From assembly GCA_038249195.1 (NCBI GenBank), contig JBBRWM010000011.1, positions 5,410 through 69,409 on the forward strand: DNA of 64,000 nt, written 5' to 3'. The notes under the pieces were generated by a model. It was not told the origin of the DNA. It did not search any database and saw only the letters and a list, made by a program, of their open reading frames with translations. Position numbers and translations under genes: made by a program. Positions 43,286 to 52,530 of this stretch are shown here, in pieces. Each line of letters opens with the position of its first letter. The first letter of the stretch is position 1. This stretch comes from Actinomycetota bacterium. Its GTDB lineage: Bacteria > Actinomycetota > UBA4738 > HRBIN12.

Positions 43286-44140
43286 ATGAGGAAGATCCCG
43301 GTTGCACTCACCGCGGCACTGTCGATTCTGCTCGTTCTGGCTGCGGCGGCGCCTCCCGCGTCGGGCGGCGTCGAGCGGCCTCGCGACGCCACCGTCACGA
43401 TCGCGGCGGCGGGCGATATCGCGCTGTCGGGCCACGTCGGCAAGAACCAGAAGCAGACGGCGGCCCTCATCACCGATCGCATCCACCCCGCCGAGGTGTT
43501 GGTGCTGGGGGATGCGCAGTATGAGAAGGGGGAGTACGCCCAGTTCCAGAAGTCCTACGACCCCACGTGGGGCGCGTTCAAGAACATCACGGCGCCGGCG
43601 CTGGGGAACCACGAATACGAGACGAAGAACGCGAGCGGTTACTTCCAGTACTTCGCCGCGCAGCTCGCGGGTCGCGGAGCGGCCGCCTCAGACCCGCAGC
43701 GCGGCTACTACAGCTTCGATCTCGGCTCATGGCACATCGTGGCGCTCAACTCGAACTGCAAGTTCGCGAGCTGCCCCGCGCAGGTCACCTGGTTGAAGAA
43801 CGACCTGGCGGCCGACGGCCATCTGTGCGAGCTGGTCTTCTACCACCATCCCTCGGAGGGAACCTTCCCGAAGGCGGCAGCGCAGTCGGGCGCCGATCTC
43901 ATCCTCGCGGGGCACAAGCACACCTACGAGCGGTGGGACAACTACAAGGGCCTCCACATCCGCCGACTCATCGTGGGCACGGGCGGGCGTTCGGCGGGGA
44001 CGCCGTCTGGCAAGGCCGACGCCGGGTTCAAGGGGTATGGCGTCATGCAGCTGGACCTCAGCCCGTCGGCATACACATGGAAGTTCATCGACGTGAATGG
44101 GACCGTGCGCGATTCCGGATCGGATTCCTGCTCGGCCTGA
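43286..44140 (+). CDS. Secreted metallophosphoesterase (calcineurin-like)
   Basis: Signal peptide MRKIPVALTAALSILLVLAAAA, plus AAGDIA, LGDAQYE, GNHEY, and GHKHTYER. Confidence 0.8.
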   Translation: MRKIPVALTAALSILLVLAAAAPPASGGVERPRDATVTIAAAGDIALSGHVGKNQKQTAALITDRIHPAEVLVLGDAQYEKGEYAQFQKSYDPTWGAFKNITAPALGNHEYETKNASGYFQYFAAQLAGRGAAASDPQRGYYSFDLGSWHIVALNSNCKFASCPAQVTWLKNDLAADGHLCELVFYHHPSEGTFPKAAAQSGADLILAGHKHTYERWDNYKGLHIRRLIVGTGGRSAGTPSGKADAGFKGYGVMQLDLSPSAYTWKFIDVNGTVRDSGSDSCSA

Positions 44141-44159
44141 CCCCGCCGCACCGGCTAGG

Positions 44160-45284
44160 GTGTTCGCCGTGGATAGCGACGAAGAACGTATCGCCCTGTT
44201 CCTGGACTACGAGAACCTGGCCATCGGCGCGCGCGACAACCTGGGGCTCTCGTTCGATCTGCGGCCCGTCCTCGACGCGCTCGCGGTGCGCGGACGCGTG
44301 ATCGCGCGCAGGGCCTACGCGGATTGGTCGTACTTCGACGAGGACCGGCGCATGCTCACCCGCAACCATGTGGAGCTGATCGAGATCCCGCAACGGATGG
44401 GCGCCTCACGCAAGAACGCGGGAGACGTGAAGCTCGCCGTGGATGCGCTCGAGATGGCGTTCGAGCGCGACTTCGTCACCACGTTCGTGATCTGCACCGG
44501 CGACAGCGACCTGACGCCGCTCGTGCACAAGCTGCGCGAGCTCGACAAGCGCGTGATCGGCGTGGGGATCAAGGACTCCACCTCCGCCCTCCTGCCACCC
44601 GCCTGCGACGAGTTCCTGTTCTACGAATCGCTCGACGGTGTCGACGTTCATGCGGGCGGGGGACGCCGGCGCCGGGGCTCGGGACGCGGCGGATCGGGCT
44701 CCGGCGATCGGGGTGCCCACGGCCCCGAACTCGTGGTCGAGGCCCCAGCCGAGGCCATGGATGACGACGAGCACGAGGTGAGTGGATCCCCCGGCGACGT
44801 GAATCAGCTCGCGATCTTGATCGCGCAGACGCTCGCCGGGCTCCAGCGTTCCTCCAACGGCCCTGTGCGCGCGTCCTCGATCAAGCGCGCGTTGCTGCGC
44901 AAGGACCCGACCTTCAGCGAGGACGATTTCGGGTTCCGCGCGTTCGGTGAGCTCCTGCGCCATCTCGCGGACCAAAACCTCGTGGAGCTGAGCGAGAGCT
45001 CCGCCAATGGGGATCCCGAGGTGACCCTCCCCTCGCGCGGGGGGGAAACGGAGGCGTTCGCGCTGCTGCAGCAGGTCGTCGCCGACCTGCAGGCCGACGG
45101 TGACGCCCCGTTGCTGTCGGGTCTGAAGAACCAGGTGCGCAAGGTCGAGCCTGACTTCAGCGAAAAGAAGTTCGGATACCGGGGGTTCTTGCAGTTCTGC
45201 AAGGCCGCGGAGACCGAGGGTCTCGTAACACTGGCATGGGACCCGGATGCCGAGGACTACGTCATCGAGGCGACGGCGGGCTGA
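44160..45284 (+). CDS. NYN (LabA-like) nuclease-domain protein with C-terminal OST-HTH/LOTUS domains
   Basis: IALFLDYENL, GASRKNAGDVKLAVDA, and CTGDSDLTPLVHKLRE. A Gly/Arg linker is followed by two LOTUS-like repeats (FGFRAFGELLRHL.. and FGYRGFLQFCKAA..). Confidence 0.8.
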   Translation: MFAVDSDEERIALFLDYENLAIGARDNLGLSFDLRPVLDALAVRGRVIARRAYADWSYFDEDRRMLTRNHVELIEIPQRMGASRKNAGDVKLAVDALEMAFERDFVTTFVICTGDSDLTPLVHKLRELDKRVIGVGIKDSTSALLPPACDEFLFYESLDGVDVHAGGGRRRRGSGRGGSGSGDRGAHGPELVVEAPAEAMDDDEHEVSGSPGDVNQLAILIAQTLAGLQRSSNGPVRASSIKRALLRKDPTFSEDDFGFRAFGELLRHLADQNLVELSESSANGDPEVTLPSRGGETEAFALLQQVVADLQADGDAPLLSGLKNQVRKVEPDFSEKKFGYRGFLQFCKAAETEGLVTLAWDPDAEDYVIEATAG

Positions 45285-45303
45285 CGCCGACCCTGCGCAG
45301 GGC

Positions 45304-48087
45304 ATGAAGACGGCGCTCACACGAAGGGGCGGGAGCGCCGTCATCCCGAACGGCCGCCCCGCGTGGCGCTCGGCGCCCACCCGCCTCCTGCATCGACCGG
45401 CGCTGTTCGTGGCGCTGGCGCTCGGCGGGATCCTCGTCACGGTCACGGTGGCGGCGGCGCCCCTGTTCGTGGCGGCCTCGGAGAGTCAGCTCCTGAACGC
45501 GGCCATCGCGAACCCGACGTTCACGCGCTACCGCGTGGGCATCACGTACGACGCAGCCAACGTGGGGTTCGAGGCGCGCGCGCCCGACGGGGGATCGCTC
45601 ACGCAGGAACGGGGGGCGGCGTTCGCCGCGGAGGCCGCCAAGGAGCCGGTGCTGGGTCCCACGCTCGCGAGCATAGCGGCACCGCCCGTGCGCGTGACCG
45701 ACGACACCGGAAAGGACCCGTCGACGGGGCCGATCAGCGGCCGGCTGTACGCGGGGGACCGCGCGCTCGAACACGTTCAGATCCTGGCCGGGCCCAACGG
45801 GAACGGCATCTGGCTGCCCGACCTCATCGCCAAAGCGACAGGCGTTCGTCCCGGTGACGCGGTGCTCCTGCACGCCGGCCGCCGGGTCGCCCGTGCGCGG
45901 GTGGCCGGCATCCTCCGAGCGGTCTACGCCGCGCCGCCCGACGGCTACTGGCAGCCGTGGACGCCCGACATCTATCTCCCGTGCCCCGACTGCGCACTGC
46001 CCCCCCAGTTCATCATCGCCGACACGGATCGCCTGATGCGGCTCCAGGATCAACTGGGACGCCGGTCGGTCGATCAAGCCTGGCAGGCGCCCGTTCGCGC
46101 CGAGCCGGAGCTCACGGTGAGCGAGGCCCATGGGCTCGCGGCGTTCGCATCCGACCTCGAAACGCGCATGCAGCGCGGCAGCGAACAGCCCACCTCCACC
46201 CGCCTCGGCGGGTTGTTCGAGTGTTGCGGAACGGTGTTCACGGCCCGACCCAATGGGCGCTTCGACGCGACGTCATACTCCCGTTTCCGCAGCGGGAGCG
46301 GCGCCGTGGTCACGATCGTGGATCAGCGGACGCCGGCGGTCCGAGGCCCGGTCTCGGTCCTGCTCGTCGCGGGGCTCGCGATCGCGTTCGCGGCCATCGC
46401 CGCCGCCGCCGCCTTCGCGGTTGCGTCGCGCCCCGACGAGACGGGCCTGTTGCGCGCGCGAGGCTGGAGCCCGCTGCGGGTGGGCGCGCGAACCTCGGTC
46501 GAGGCGGCCGTGCCCATCGCGGTCGGTACCGTGGGCGGCTTCGCGCTGGCGTCCGCCCTCATGGCGGCGTTCGGGCCCTCGGGTGCCGTGGGGGCGGCGG
46601 CGCAACGCATCGCGGTGGCCGGCTCCCTCGCCGCCGCCGGCGGTTCGCTGCTCCTCGTCGGTGGTGTCTCCGGTGCCCTGTTCGCGTCCAGCCACGAGCA
46701 CAAGGAGCGGCTCACGCGGCTCGTGATGTGGTTCCCCTGGGAGCTGCTGGCGTTCGCGGCGGCCTGGGCGCTCGGCCGATCGCTGGCTACGCGGGGCGGG
46801 ATCGTCCAGGCGGGTGCCGTGAACTCGCCCAGGGCCGCCGTGTTCCTGTACCCGCTTGCCCTGGCCCTCGGTGTGGGGATCTTGAGCGCGAGGATCGTGG
46901 CGGTCGTGGTCATGCGTCGCGCGCGATCCGGCAAGGGCGACCGTGTGACCGCGGGTTGGCTCACCGTGCGACGCGTGGCTGCCTCCCACCGGCTCGGCGT
47001 CGTCTTCGTGGTGGCGACGGCGCTCGCGGTTGCGGTCTTCGTCTCTGCCCAGGGACTCGTGACGTCCCTCCAGACCACCGTCGAGGCCAAGGCGAAGGTC
47101 TTCGTCGGCAGCGACGTCCAGGTCCAGACCGTGCCCGGAGCAACGGCTCCCTCGTCGTTCCCCTTCCCGATCACGGAGGTCCAGCGCGTCACGCAGGCGG
47201 GGACCTTCGACGGGGGCGAGGAGTACGACCTGCTGGTGGTCGACCCTTCGACGTTCGAGTCCGCCGCGTACTGGAACGGCGCGTTTTCCGGCCGGCCGCT
47301 CTCGCAGCTGCTGAGCGCGATCGCCACCGAGGGTTCCGCACGGGTGCCGATCCTGCTCGTGAACGGCACCGGCGCCGACCCCTCGAGGATGAGCCTGGGC
47401 GGCGTCGAGGTCCCCGTGGACGTCGTGGGCACGGCGGACGCCTTCCCGGGCGCATCCTCCCAGCAACAGATGGTCGTGATGGCGGCGGACGCGGTGCAGC
47501 CGGCGTTCCACGTAGATCCCTATCGGGTCACCTCCTCGTACGCCACGACGGAGTTCTGGATCCGCGGCAACCAGGAGCAGATCCGCTCCGACGTGGGTGG
47601 GGCGGGCCTGCAGGCGTACCTCGTGCTGCCCGCTCACGAGGTCGAGGACATCCCTATCGTGGTCGCCGCCGTGAACACGCTGCTCGTGCTCGACGTCCTC
47701 GGGCTCGTGGCGCTCCTGTTGGTCGTCCTGCTCGCCATCGTGTACCTGCAGGCCCGGCAGCGTTCCCGCGTGATGGCCTCCGCGCTGTCGAGCCGCATGG
47801 GGATCTCCGCGCGAACGATGCGCCTCGCGTTGGTGCTCGAGCTCGGCGGCCTGCTGCTCCTGGCGCTCGCCGCCGGGGCGCTCGCGGGGTTGGTCACGCT
47901 GCCGACGGTGCTCGATGCGATCGCGCCGCTGCCGTCCATCCCGCCACGCAGCATCGTGGTCGCGCCGTGGGGTGCGCTGATCGCTGCGGCGGCGTTGCTC
48001 GGCGTCGCGGCCCTCGTTGGCGGGCGGCTCGCCGATCGGGCGGCACGGCGCGAGTCCTTGGGAGAGGTGATGCGCGTTGCCGGCTGA
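45304..48087 (+). CDS. Large FtsX-like ABC transporter permease
   Basis: 927 aa with an N-terminal TM helix, a large extracytoplasmic region, and two clusters of TM helices typical of duplicated FtsX modules. Confidence 0.8.
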   Translation: MKTALTRRGGSAVIPNGRPAWRSAPTRLLHRPALFVALALGGILVTVTVAAAPLFVAASESQLLNAAIANPTFTRYRVGITYDAANVGFEARAPDGGSLTQERGAAFAAEAAKEPVLGPTLASIAAPPVRVTDDTGKDPSTGPISGRLYAGDRALEHVQILAGPNGNGIWLPDLIAKATGVRPGDAVLLHAGRRVARARVAGILRAVYAAPPDGYWQPWTPDIYLPCPDCALPPQFIIADTDRLMRLQDQLGRRSVDQAWQAPVRAEPELTVSEAHGLAAFASDLETRMQRGSEQPTSTRLGGLFECCGTVFTARPNGRFDATSYSRFRSGSGAVVTIVDQRTPAVRGPVSVLLVAGLAIAFAAIAAAAAFAVASRPDETGLLRARGWSPLRVGARTSVEAAVPIAVGTVGGFALASALMAAFGPSGAVGAAAQRIAVAGSLAAAGGSLLLVGGVSGALFASSHEHKERLTRLVMWFPWELLAFAAAWALGRSLATRGGIVQAGAVNSPRAAVFLYPLALALGVGILSARIVAVVVMRRARSGKGDRVTAGWLTVRRVAASHRLGVVFVVATALAVAVFVSAQGLVTSLQTTVEAKAKVFVGSDVQVQTVPGATAPSSFPFPITEVQRVTQAGTFDGGEEYDLLVVDPSTFESAAYWNGAFSGRPLSQLLSAIATEGSARVPILLVNGTGADPSRMSLGGVEVPVDVVGTADAFPGASSQQQMVVMAADAVQPAFHVDPYRVTSSYATTEFWIRGNQEQIRSDVGGAGLQAYLVLPAHEVEDIPIVVAAVNTLLVLDVLGLVALLLVVLLAIVYLQARQRSRVMASALSSRMGISARTMRLALVLELGGLLLLALAAGALAGLVTLPTVLDAIAPLPSIPPRSIVVAPWGALIAAAALLGVAALVGGRLADRAARRESLGEVMRVAG

Positions 48088-49495
48088 TTTGGCTCGGGGA
48101 ACGGCGATCCTGTTCGACGGCGTCGTGCGCTCCTACCCGGCGCCCACCGGAGCGGTACGGGCGCTACGGGACGTCACGGGCGCCCTGCCTCGAGCGGCGG
48201 TGAGCGCGGTCGTCGGGCCCTCGGGCAGCGGGAAGTCCTCCTTGCTTCGCATCATCGCCGGCATGGACCGCCCGAGCTCCGGGTCGGTGGCCGTGGAGGG
48301 CTTGGACGTGGGCGCGGCGTCCGCCCGGGCGCGGAGGCGGCTGCTGCGCGACGTGGTCGGCTACGTCTACCAGCGGCCCGCCGCCAACTTCCTGACGGAC
48401 CTCACGGTGGCCCAGCACCTGCGCATGGCGGCCGGCGCGGATCGCGATGGGGACGACCTCCTCGCGATCCTCCGCAAGCTCGGTATCGAGGATCGCGCGG
48501 ATCATCGACCGGAGGAGCTGTCCGGGGGAGAGCAGCAGCGCGCCGCGTTCGCGCAGGCGCTGGCCTCCGGTGCTCGCGTCGTCGTGGCCGACGAGCCGAC
48601 GGCCGAACTCGACCGTGGGTCGAGCGCCCTCGTGATCGAACGGCTGCACGACCTGGCGGCGGACGGCGTGACAGTGGTGATCGCCACGCACGACCCCGAC
48701 GTCATCGCCGCCGCCGAGCACCGGCTGGAGCTCGAGCACGGGCGGGTGCGGGAGGCCGGGGGGCGGGGCTCGCCCGACCCCGAGGCGCCGGCACCGGGGA
48801 CGGTCCTGCGGTGGCCGGGTCGCGATCTACCCACGTGGATGGCGGGATCCGGCGGGGCAGCGCTCGAGGTCGTGGGGGTTTCGAAGGCCTACGGTCACGG
48901 CGACGAGATCGTGCATGCGCTGCGCGACGTGAGCCTCGTCGCGGGTGCCGGCGAGCTCGTCGGGCTGGTGGGTCGGTCGGGATCGGGCAAGACCACGCTG
49001 CTGAACATCGCCGGCGGGTGGGAGCGGGCCGACGAGGGCTCCGTGAGCGTGCCCTCCGGATCGTCTACCCCGTGGGCCGACGTCGCGTACGTCCCCCAGC
49101 GACTCGGGCTGATGGACGAGCTCCGGATCCGCGAGAACGTCGAGTACCCGGCGCGCCTCGCGGGGCAATTGGAGGAGCGACGCCCCCTGATCGACGGGTT
49201 GCTGCAGACCTTGGGGCTCGATGAGCTCGGTGAACGATACCCGCGCGAGGCGTCGTTGGGGGAGCAACAGCGCACGGCCCTGGCGCGGGCGTTGGTGATG
49301 GGTCCGGCCCTCCTGCTCGCGGACGAGCCCACGGGACACCAGGACGCGGGATGGTCCCGCCGGATCCTCGCCGTCCTCGCGGATGCCGCCGCCTCGGGGT
49401 CCTGCTGCGTCATCGCGACGCACGACGCGGAGCTGGCGCCCCTCCTGCACCGCGTCGTGGCGATGGCCGACGGGGCCATCGGGTCGCCCGCCTGA
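48077..49495 (+). CDS. ABC transporter ATP-binding protein with two fused nucleotide-binding domains
   Basis: Two Walker A motifs (GPSGSGKSS, GRSGSGKTT), two signature motifs (LSGGEQQR, the degenerate ASLGEQQR), and two Walker B motifs (VVVADEPT, LLLADEPT). The TTG start overlaps the permease end. Confidence 0.85.
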   Translation: MPADLARGTAILFDGVVRSYPAPTGAVRALRDVTGALPRAAVSAVVGPSGSGKSSLLRIIAGMDRPSSGSVAVEGLDVGAASARARRRLLRDVVGYVYQRPAANFLTDLTVAQHLRMAAGADRDGDDLLAILRKLGIEDRADHRPEELSGGEQQRAAFAQALASGARVVVADEPTAELDRGSSALVIERLHDLAADGVTVVIATHDPDVIAAAEHRLELEHGRVREAGGRGSPDPEAPAPGTVLRWPGRDLPTWMAGSGGAALEVVGVSKAYGHGDEIVHALRDVSLVAGAGELVGLVGRSGSGKTTLLNIAGGWERADEGSVSVPSGSSTPWADVAYVPQRLGLMDELRIRENVEYPARLAGQLEERRPLIDGLLQTLGLDELGERYPREASLGEQQRTALARALVMGPALLLADEPTGHQDAGWSRRILAVLADAAASGSCCVIATHDAELAPLLHRVVAMADGAIGSPA

Positions 49496-49499
49496 GGCG

Positions 49500-49916
49500 T
49501 CAGACCGCGCGTACGAGCGCGACCACCGGGATCACGCGGTCGGTCTTCTGCTCGTACTCGGCGAACTGCGGGTAGGCGGCCGCCTGCCGAGCGAAGAGGG
49601 CATCGCGGTCCGCGCCCTGCACGATCTCGACCTTGACGCCGAACCGTTCCGTGCCGACCTCCACCGTCGCCTCGGGGTTCGCCACGAGGTTCCGGTACCA
49701 GTCCGGGTCCGCGGGCGCCCCTGCCTTGGAGGCGAACACGACGAAACGATCGCCGTCGGGCAGGTACATCACCGGCGTGGTGTGCTGTCGCCCGGTCTTG
49801 GCACCTGTGCTGGTGAGCAGGAGCAGCGGGGCCCCCTCGAACGGGCCGCCGACGACGCCGTCGTGGGCTCGGAACTCTTCGATGATGCCGGTGTTCCAAT
49901 CGCGGGCCTCTGCCAT
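49500..49916 (-). CDS. Deazaflavin (F420H2)-dependent nitroreductase family protein (Ddn-like)
   Basis: NTGIIEEFRAHDGVVGGPFEGAPLLLLTSTGAKTGRQHTTPVMY..DPDWYRNLVANP..RVIPVVAL. Confidence 0.85.
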   Translation of the reverse strand: MAEARDWNTGIIEEFRAHDGVVGGPFEGAPLLLLTSTGAKTGRQHTTPVMYLPDGDRFVVFASKAGAPADPDWYRNLVANPEATVEVGTERFGVKVEIVQGADRDALFARQAAAYPQFAEYEQKTDRVIPVVALVRAV

Positions 49917-49959
49917 GGAACGTCTCCTTCACACGGGCCGGAAGCCCGCCACGCTAGCA

Positions 49960-50166
49960 CTACGGCGAACCGCTGAGCCGGTCGCTCGCCAGCAGGCGGG
50001 CCTCCTCCAGCCGCGTGCGGTCGACGAAGAGCCGAACGCCGTGCTCCCAGATCCAGCTGATCGCTCCGGGCGACTTGGACCACCACACGATGTCGGCTCC
50101 CTCGAGGGCTTCCGCGATCTGCTCGGCGTGCGCGAGCGTGAATTCACCGAGGTAGGTGGTACGCAT
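49960..50166 (-). CDS. Small hypothetical protein
   Basis: MRTTYLGEFTLAHAEQIAEALEGADIVWWSK.. is protein-like. The start is uncertain. Confidence 0.35.
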   Translation of the reverse strand: MRTTYLGEFTLAHAEQIAEALEGADIVWWSKSPGAISWIWEHGVRLFVDRTRLEEARLLASDRLSGSP

Positions 50167-50314
50167 GTGCGGCGGCACACGCTCGAGTCCTGGCATGCGT
50201 TCGAGGATACGCTCAGCCAGCACCGCCGGGCGCACCGCCGGGCGCCGCGGGCGGCCCACGCGTTCAAGCGCCGGGCCCGGCTTGGTCGCCCCAGCCGATC
50301 AGGCTCGGGATCAC

Positions 50315-50821
50315 CTAGCTACCGCCGGTGACGATGAACTCGCCGGTTTGGGCGTCCATGCCGGTCACCAAGCTGGAACCTGCACACGAGGGCAGTGACC
50401 CTCCGGGAGGCAGCGAGGGGCCGGCCACCGGGGTGCACATACCTCCCCAGTCGACGTCGTAGTACAGGTTGGTCCCCTTGCCCCAGTGGAGGTCGGCGGC
50501 GTTCGCCGATCCGAGCGTCACCTGCACCGTCTGCGCGTCTGGAGGAATGGCGTATCCGGCAGCACGCCGCAGCGCCTCGTCGAAGGAGATGATGCCGGTG
50601 AGATCCATCCCGTCCACGGAGCCGAACGCTCCGGAGGTCTGCCCGTGGATGAGGGTCACGTCTGGCAGCCGCGTCGGCTCGCATCTCCGGACGAGTTGAG
50701 CGCAAGACGTCGGCCCGGGTGATGTCGACGTTCCTTCACCTTCCACCATGCCGCACGAGGCGAGCATCATCGCCGCGATCGACGCGACGTCAGCGAGTAA
50801 CCGCACACTCAGCCTCCCCAT
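50315..50821 (-). CDS. Hypothetical lipoprotein
   Basis: The leader ends in the lipobox MLASC. The mature part is protein-like. Confidence 0.55.
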   Translation of the reverse strand: MGRLSVRLLADVASIAAMMLASCGMVEGEGTSTSPGPTSCAQLVRRCEPTRLPDVTLIHGQTSGAFGSVDGMDLTGIISFDEALRRAAGYAIPPDAQTVQVTLGSANAADLHWGKGTNLYYDVDWGGMCTPVAGPSLPPGGSLPSCAGSSLVTGMDAQTGEFIVTGGS

Positions 50822-50928
50822 GATGGAGTCTGACGTTCACACGTGCAGGAGTCGTTCCCGCGGGCACGAGGCGCCGATGCGTCTTCCGTCCAGACTGAGG
50901 CTGTCGTCTACGGGGACATGTGTATGCA

Positions 50929-51273
50929 CTAGCGGGTCTCTTCGTGACGACCCTGTACGGCAGAGGCAGCGAAGAGCGCCAGGAAGGCGGACCACACCAC
51001 TAACCCGCCGTCGTGGATGCCCAAGACCAAGTCCGCGATCACGACGACCGAGGCCAGGTCCAGGCCCGCCCACCAGGCCCACAAGAACTCGATCCAGAGG
51101 CACACACCAACGAAGACGTAGACCACCCCCAGCGTGAGGAGGATCAGCCCGTCCTGCCCGGTCCTCGGCGTGGTCTGGTGGCCGCTGTTGATTCCCGCGA
51201 GGGCAGCGCCGAGGCCCGCCAGCGCGAAGATGACCGAAAGCACCTGGGTCGCTCGGCCGAACTTCGGTCGCAT
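50929..51273 (-). CDS. Small hypothetical membrane protein
   Basis: MRPKFGRATQVLSVIFALAGLGAALAG.. with 3-4 hydrophobic helices. Confidence 0.5.
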   Translation of the reverse strand: MRPKFGRATQVLSVIFALAGLGAALAGINSGHQTTPRTGQDGLILLTLGVVYVFVGVCLWIEFLWAWWAGLDLASVVVIADLVLGIHDGGLVVWSAFLALFAASAVQGRHEETR

Positions 51274-51406
51274 GATCTGTTGGTATCGGCGGTCCGCCCC
51301 AGTCCCATGAGTTCGCTCAACTCGGGTCCCCATCGAGCGAAAGGGCGCTATCGCTCTCGAGCGTTCACCCGAGGATCCGCGTGGAGCGGGCGAGTAGCAT
51401 CGCGGC

Positions 51407-51684
51407 GTGAAGCTGCGACGTCCTGCCTCGCCCATCCCCTCGGGCGTAGCGATGCTCTGTCCGGCGCTCGCGCTGGCGCTCTCCGCCTGCTCGTCGAGGG
51501 ATCCGACCGCACCCGAAGGCATCTTCCTCCCTCGCCTGACGGGCGCGCCACCGCACTACGGCGCGGCCGCGGTCGAGGGAACGCTCGTCGAAGACCACGG
51601 CTGCCTCGAACTCGCGGATCTGTCTCTGTCGGCGGAGTTCGCCTCGCCGAGTCCGGGCGCAGTGGGAGCCGGAGAACGGAGGAC
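51407..51684 (+). pseudogene. Lipoprotein gene remnant (signal peptide plus about 55 mature residues, then non-protein-like sequence)
   Basis: (M)KLRRPASPIPSGVAMLCPALALALSACSSRDPTAPEGIFLPRLTG..EGTLVEDHGCLELADLS, after which the frame degenerates into Arg/Ser/Pro sequence that overlaps the next genes. Confidence 0.3.
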
Positions 51685-51921
51685 ATCAACACGGCCGAGT
51701 ACGCACCGCCCTGGCCGAAGCAGGGTCCGGCATCGTATTTCCCGTCCATCGAGAAGAAGTACGGGCGCTCCATCGCGGAGTGGCAGCGGATCATCGCGGG
51801 ATGTGGCCTCAGCAAGCACATGGCCATCGTGGGGTACCTCAAGTCCGAGTACGGCATGGGACACGGGCACGCCAACGCGCTCGTCGGTTGGACGCTCGCC
51901 GGCAACGTCGCTCGTCCTTAA
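51685..51921 (+). CDS. DUF4287 domain protein lacking a canonical start codon
   Basis: GPASYFPSIEKKYGRSIAEWQRII..KHMAIVGYLKSEYGMGHGHANALVGW is the DUF4287 core. No ATG/GTG/TTG lies in frame upstream of it. An ATC at 51685 follows GGAGAACGGAGG. Confidence 0.5.
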   Translation: MNTAEYAPPWPKQGPASYFPSIEKKYGRSIAEWQRIIAGCGLSKHMAIVGYLKSEYGMGHGHANALVGWTLAGNVARP

Positions 51922-52032
51922 GAAGCGCTCGCGGGGAGTCCGCGCCCGGGGCCTCGATGCGGACGAACGGTGCGAAGGCGTTCGCCAGAGCGGTCGCCGC
52001 GTAAGCTCGGGGATTGGGCGACGGGAGCGGCG

Positions 52033-52530
52033 ATGGCGATCAAGCGGATGAACCACGCGGTCCTGTATGTGCGGGACGCTCAGCGCACGTACGCGTTCTA
52101 TCGCGACGTGCTCGGGTTCCGCCTCGTGTCGGAGATCCCTCAGGCGGGCGCGGTATTCATGCAGGCACCGGCCTCCACGAACGACCATGACCTCGCGCTC
52201 TTCACGATCGGCGAGGACGCCGCGGACTCCAACGCCGGCCGGGGCGAGGTCGGTCTCTACCACATCGCGTGGGAGGTGCAGACGCTGGGAGACCTGCAGG
52301 AGATCGCGGCGAGGCTCGCCGATGCGGGTGCCTTGGTGGGCGCCACCGATCACGCCACCACGAAAGCGCTGTACGCCAAGGATCCCGACGGGCTCGAGTT
52401 CGAGGTCTGCTGGATCCTGCCGGAGCGGTTCATCACCGACGACGTGGAGTCCGCCAAGACGCGGATGCGGCCCCTCGATCTCGCGTCCGATGTCGAGCGG
52501 TACGGCGCGGACACGCCGAGCGGTCGTTGA
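52033..52530 (+). CDS. VOC family protein (glyoxalase/extradiol-dioxygenase-like)
   Basis: MNHAVLYVRDAQRTYAFYRDVLGF, HDLALF, LYHIAWEV, and LYAKDPDGLEFEV. Confidence 0.8.
   Translation: MAIKRMNHAVLYVRDAQRTYAFYRDVLGFRLVSEIPQAGAVFMQAPASTNDHDLALFTIGEDAADSNAGRGEVGLYHIAWEVQTLGDLQEIAARLADAGALVGATDHATTKALYAKDPDGLEFEVCWILPERFITDDVESAKTRMRPLDLASDVERYGADTPSGR

Noticed and set aside
45957-48203. Very long alternative-frame and antisense ORFs as candidate genes. Examples: 45957..48203 +, 46273..47637 -, 1583..2860 +, 372..1568 +, 41339..42925 +, 62544..63932 +, 57163..58623 +, and 13755..15134 -.
   Set aside because: Their translations are dominated by Arg/Pro/Gly/Ala with no motifs or hydrophobic cores. 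They overlap ORFs with clear family signatures. This is the expected artefact of about 70% GC DNA, which is poor in stop codons.
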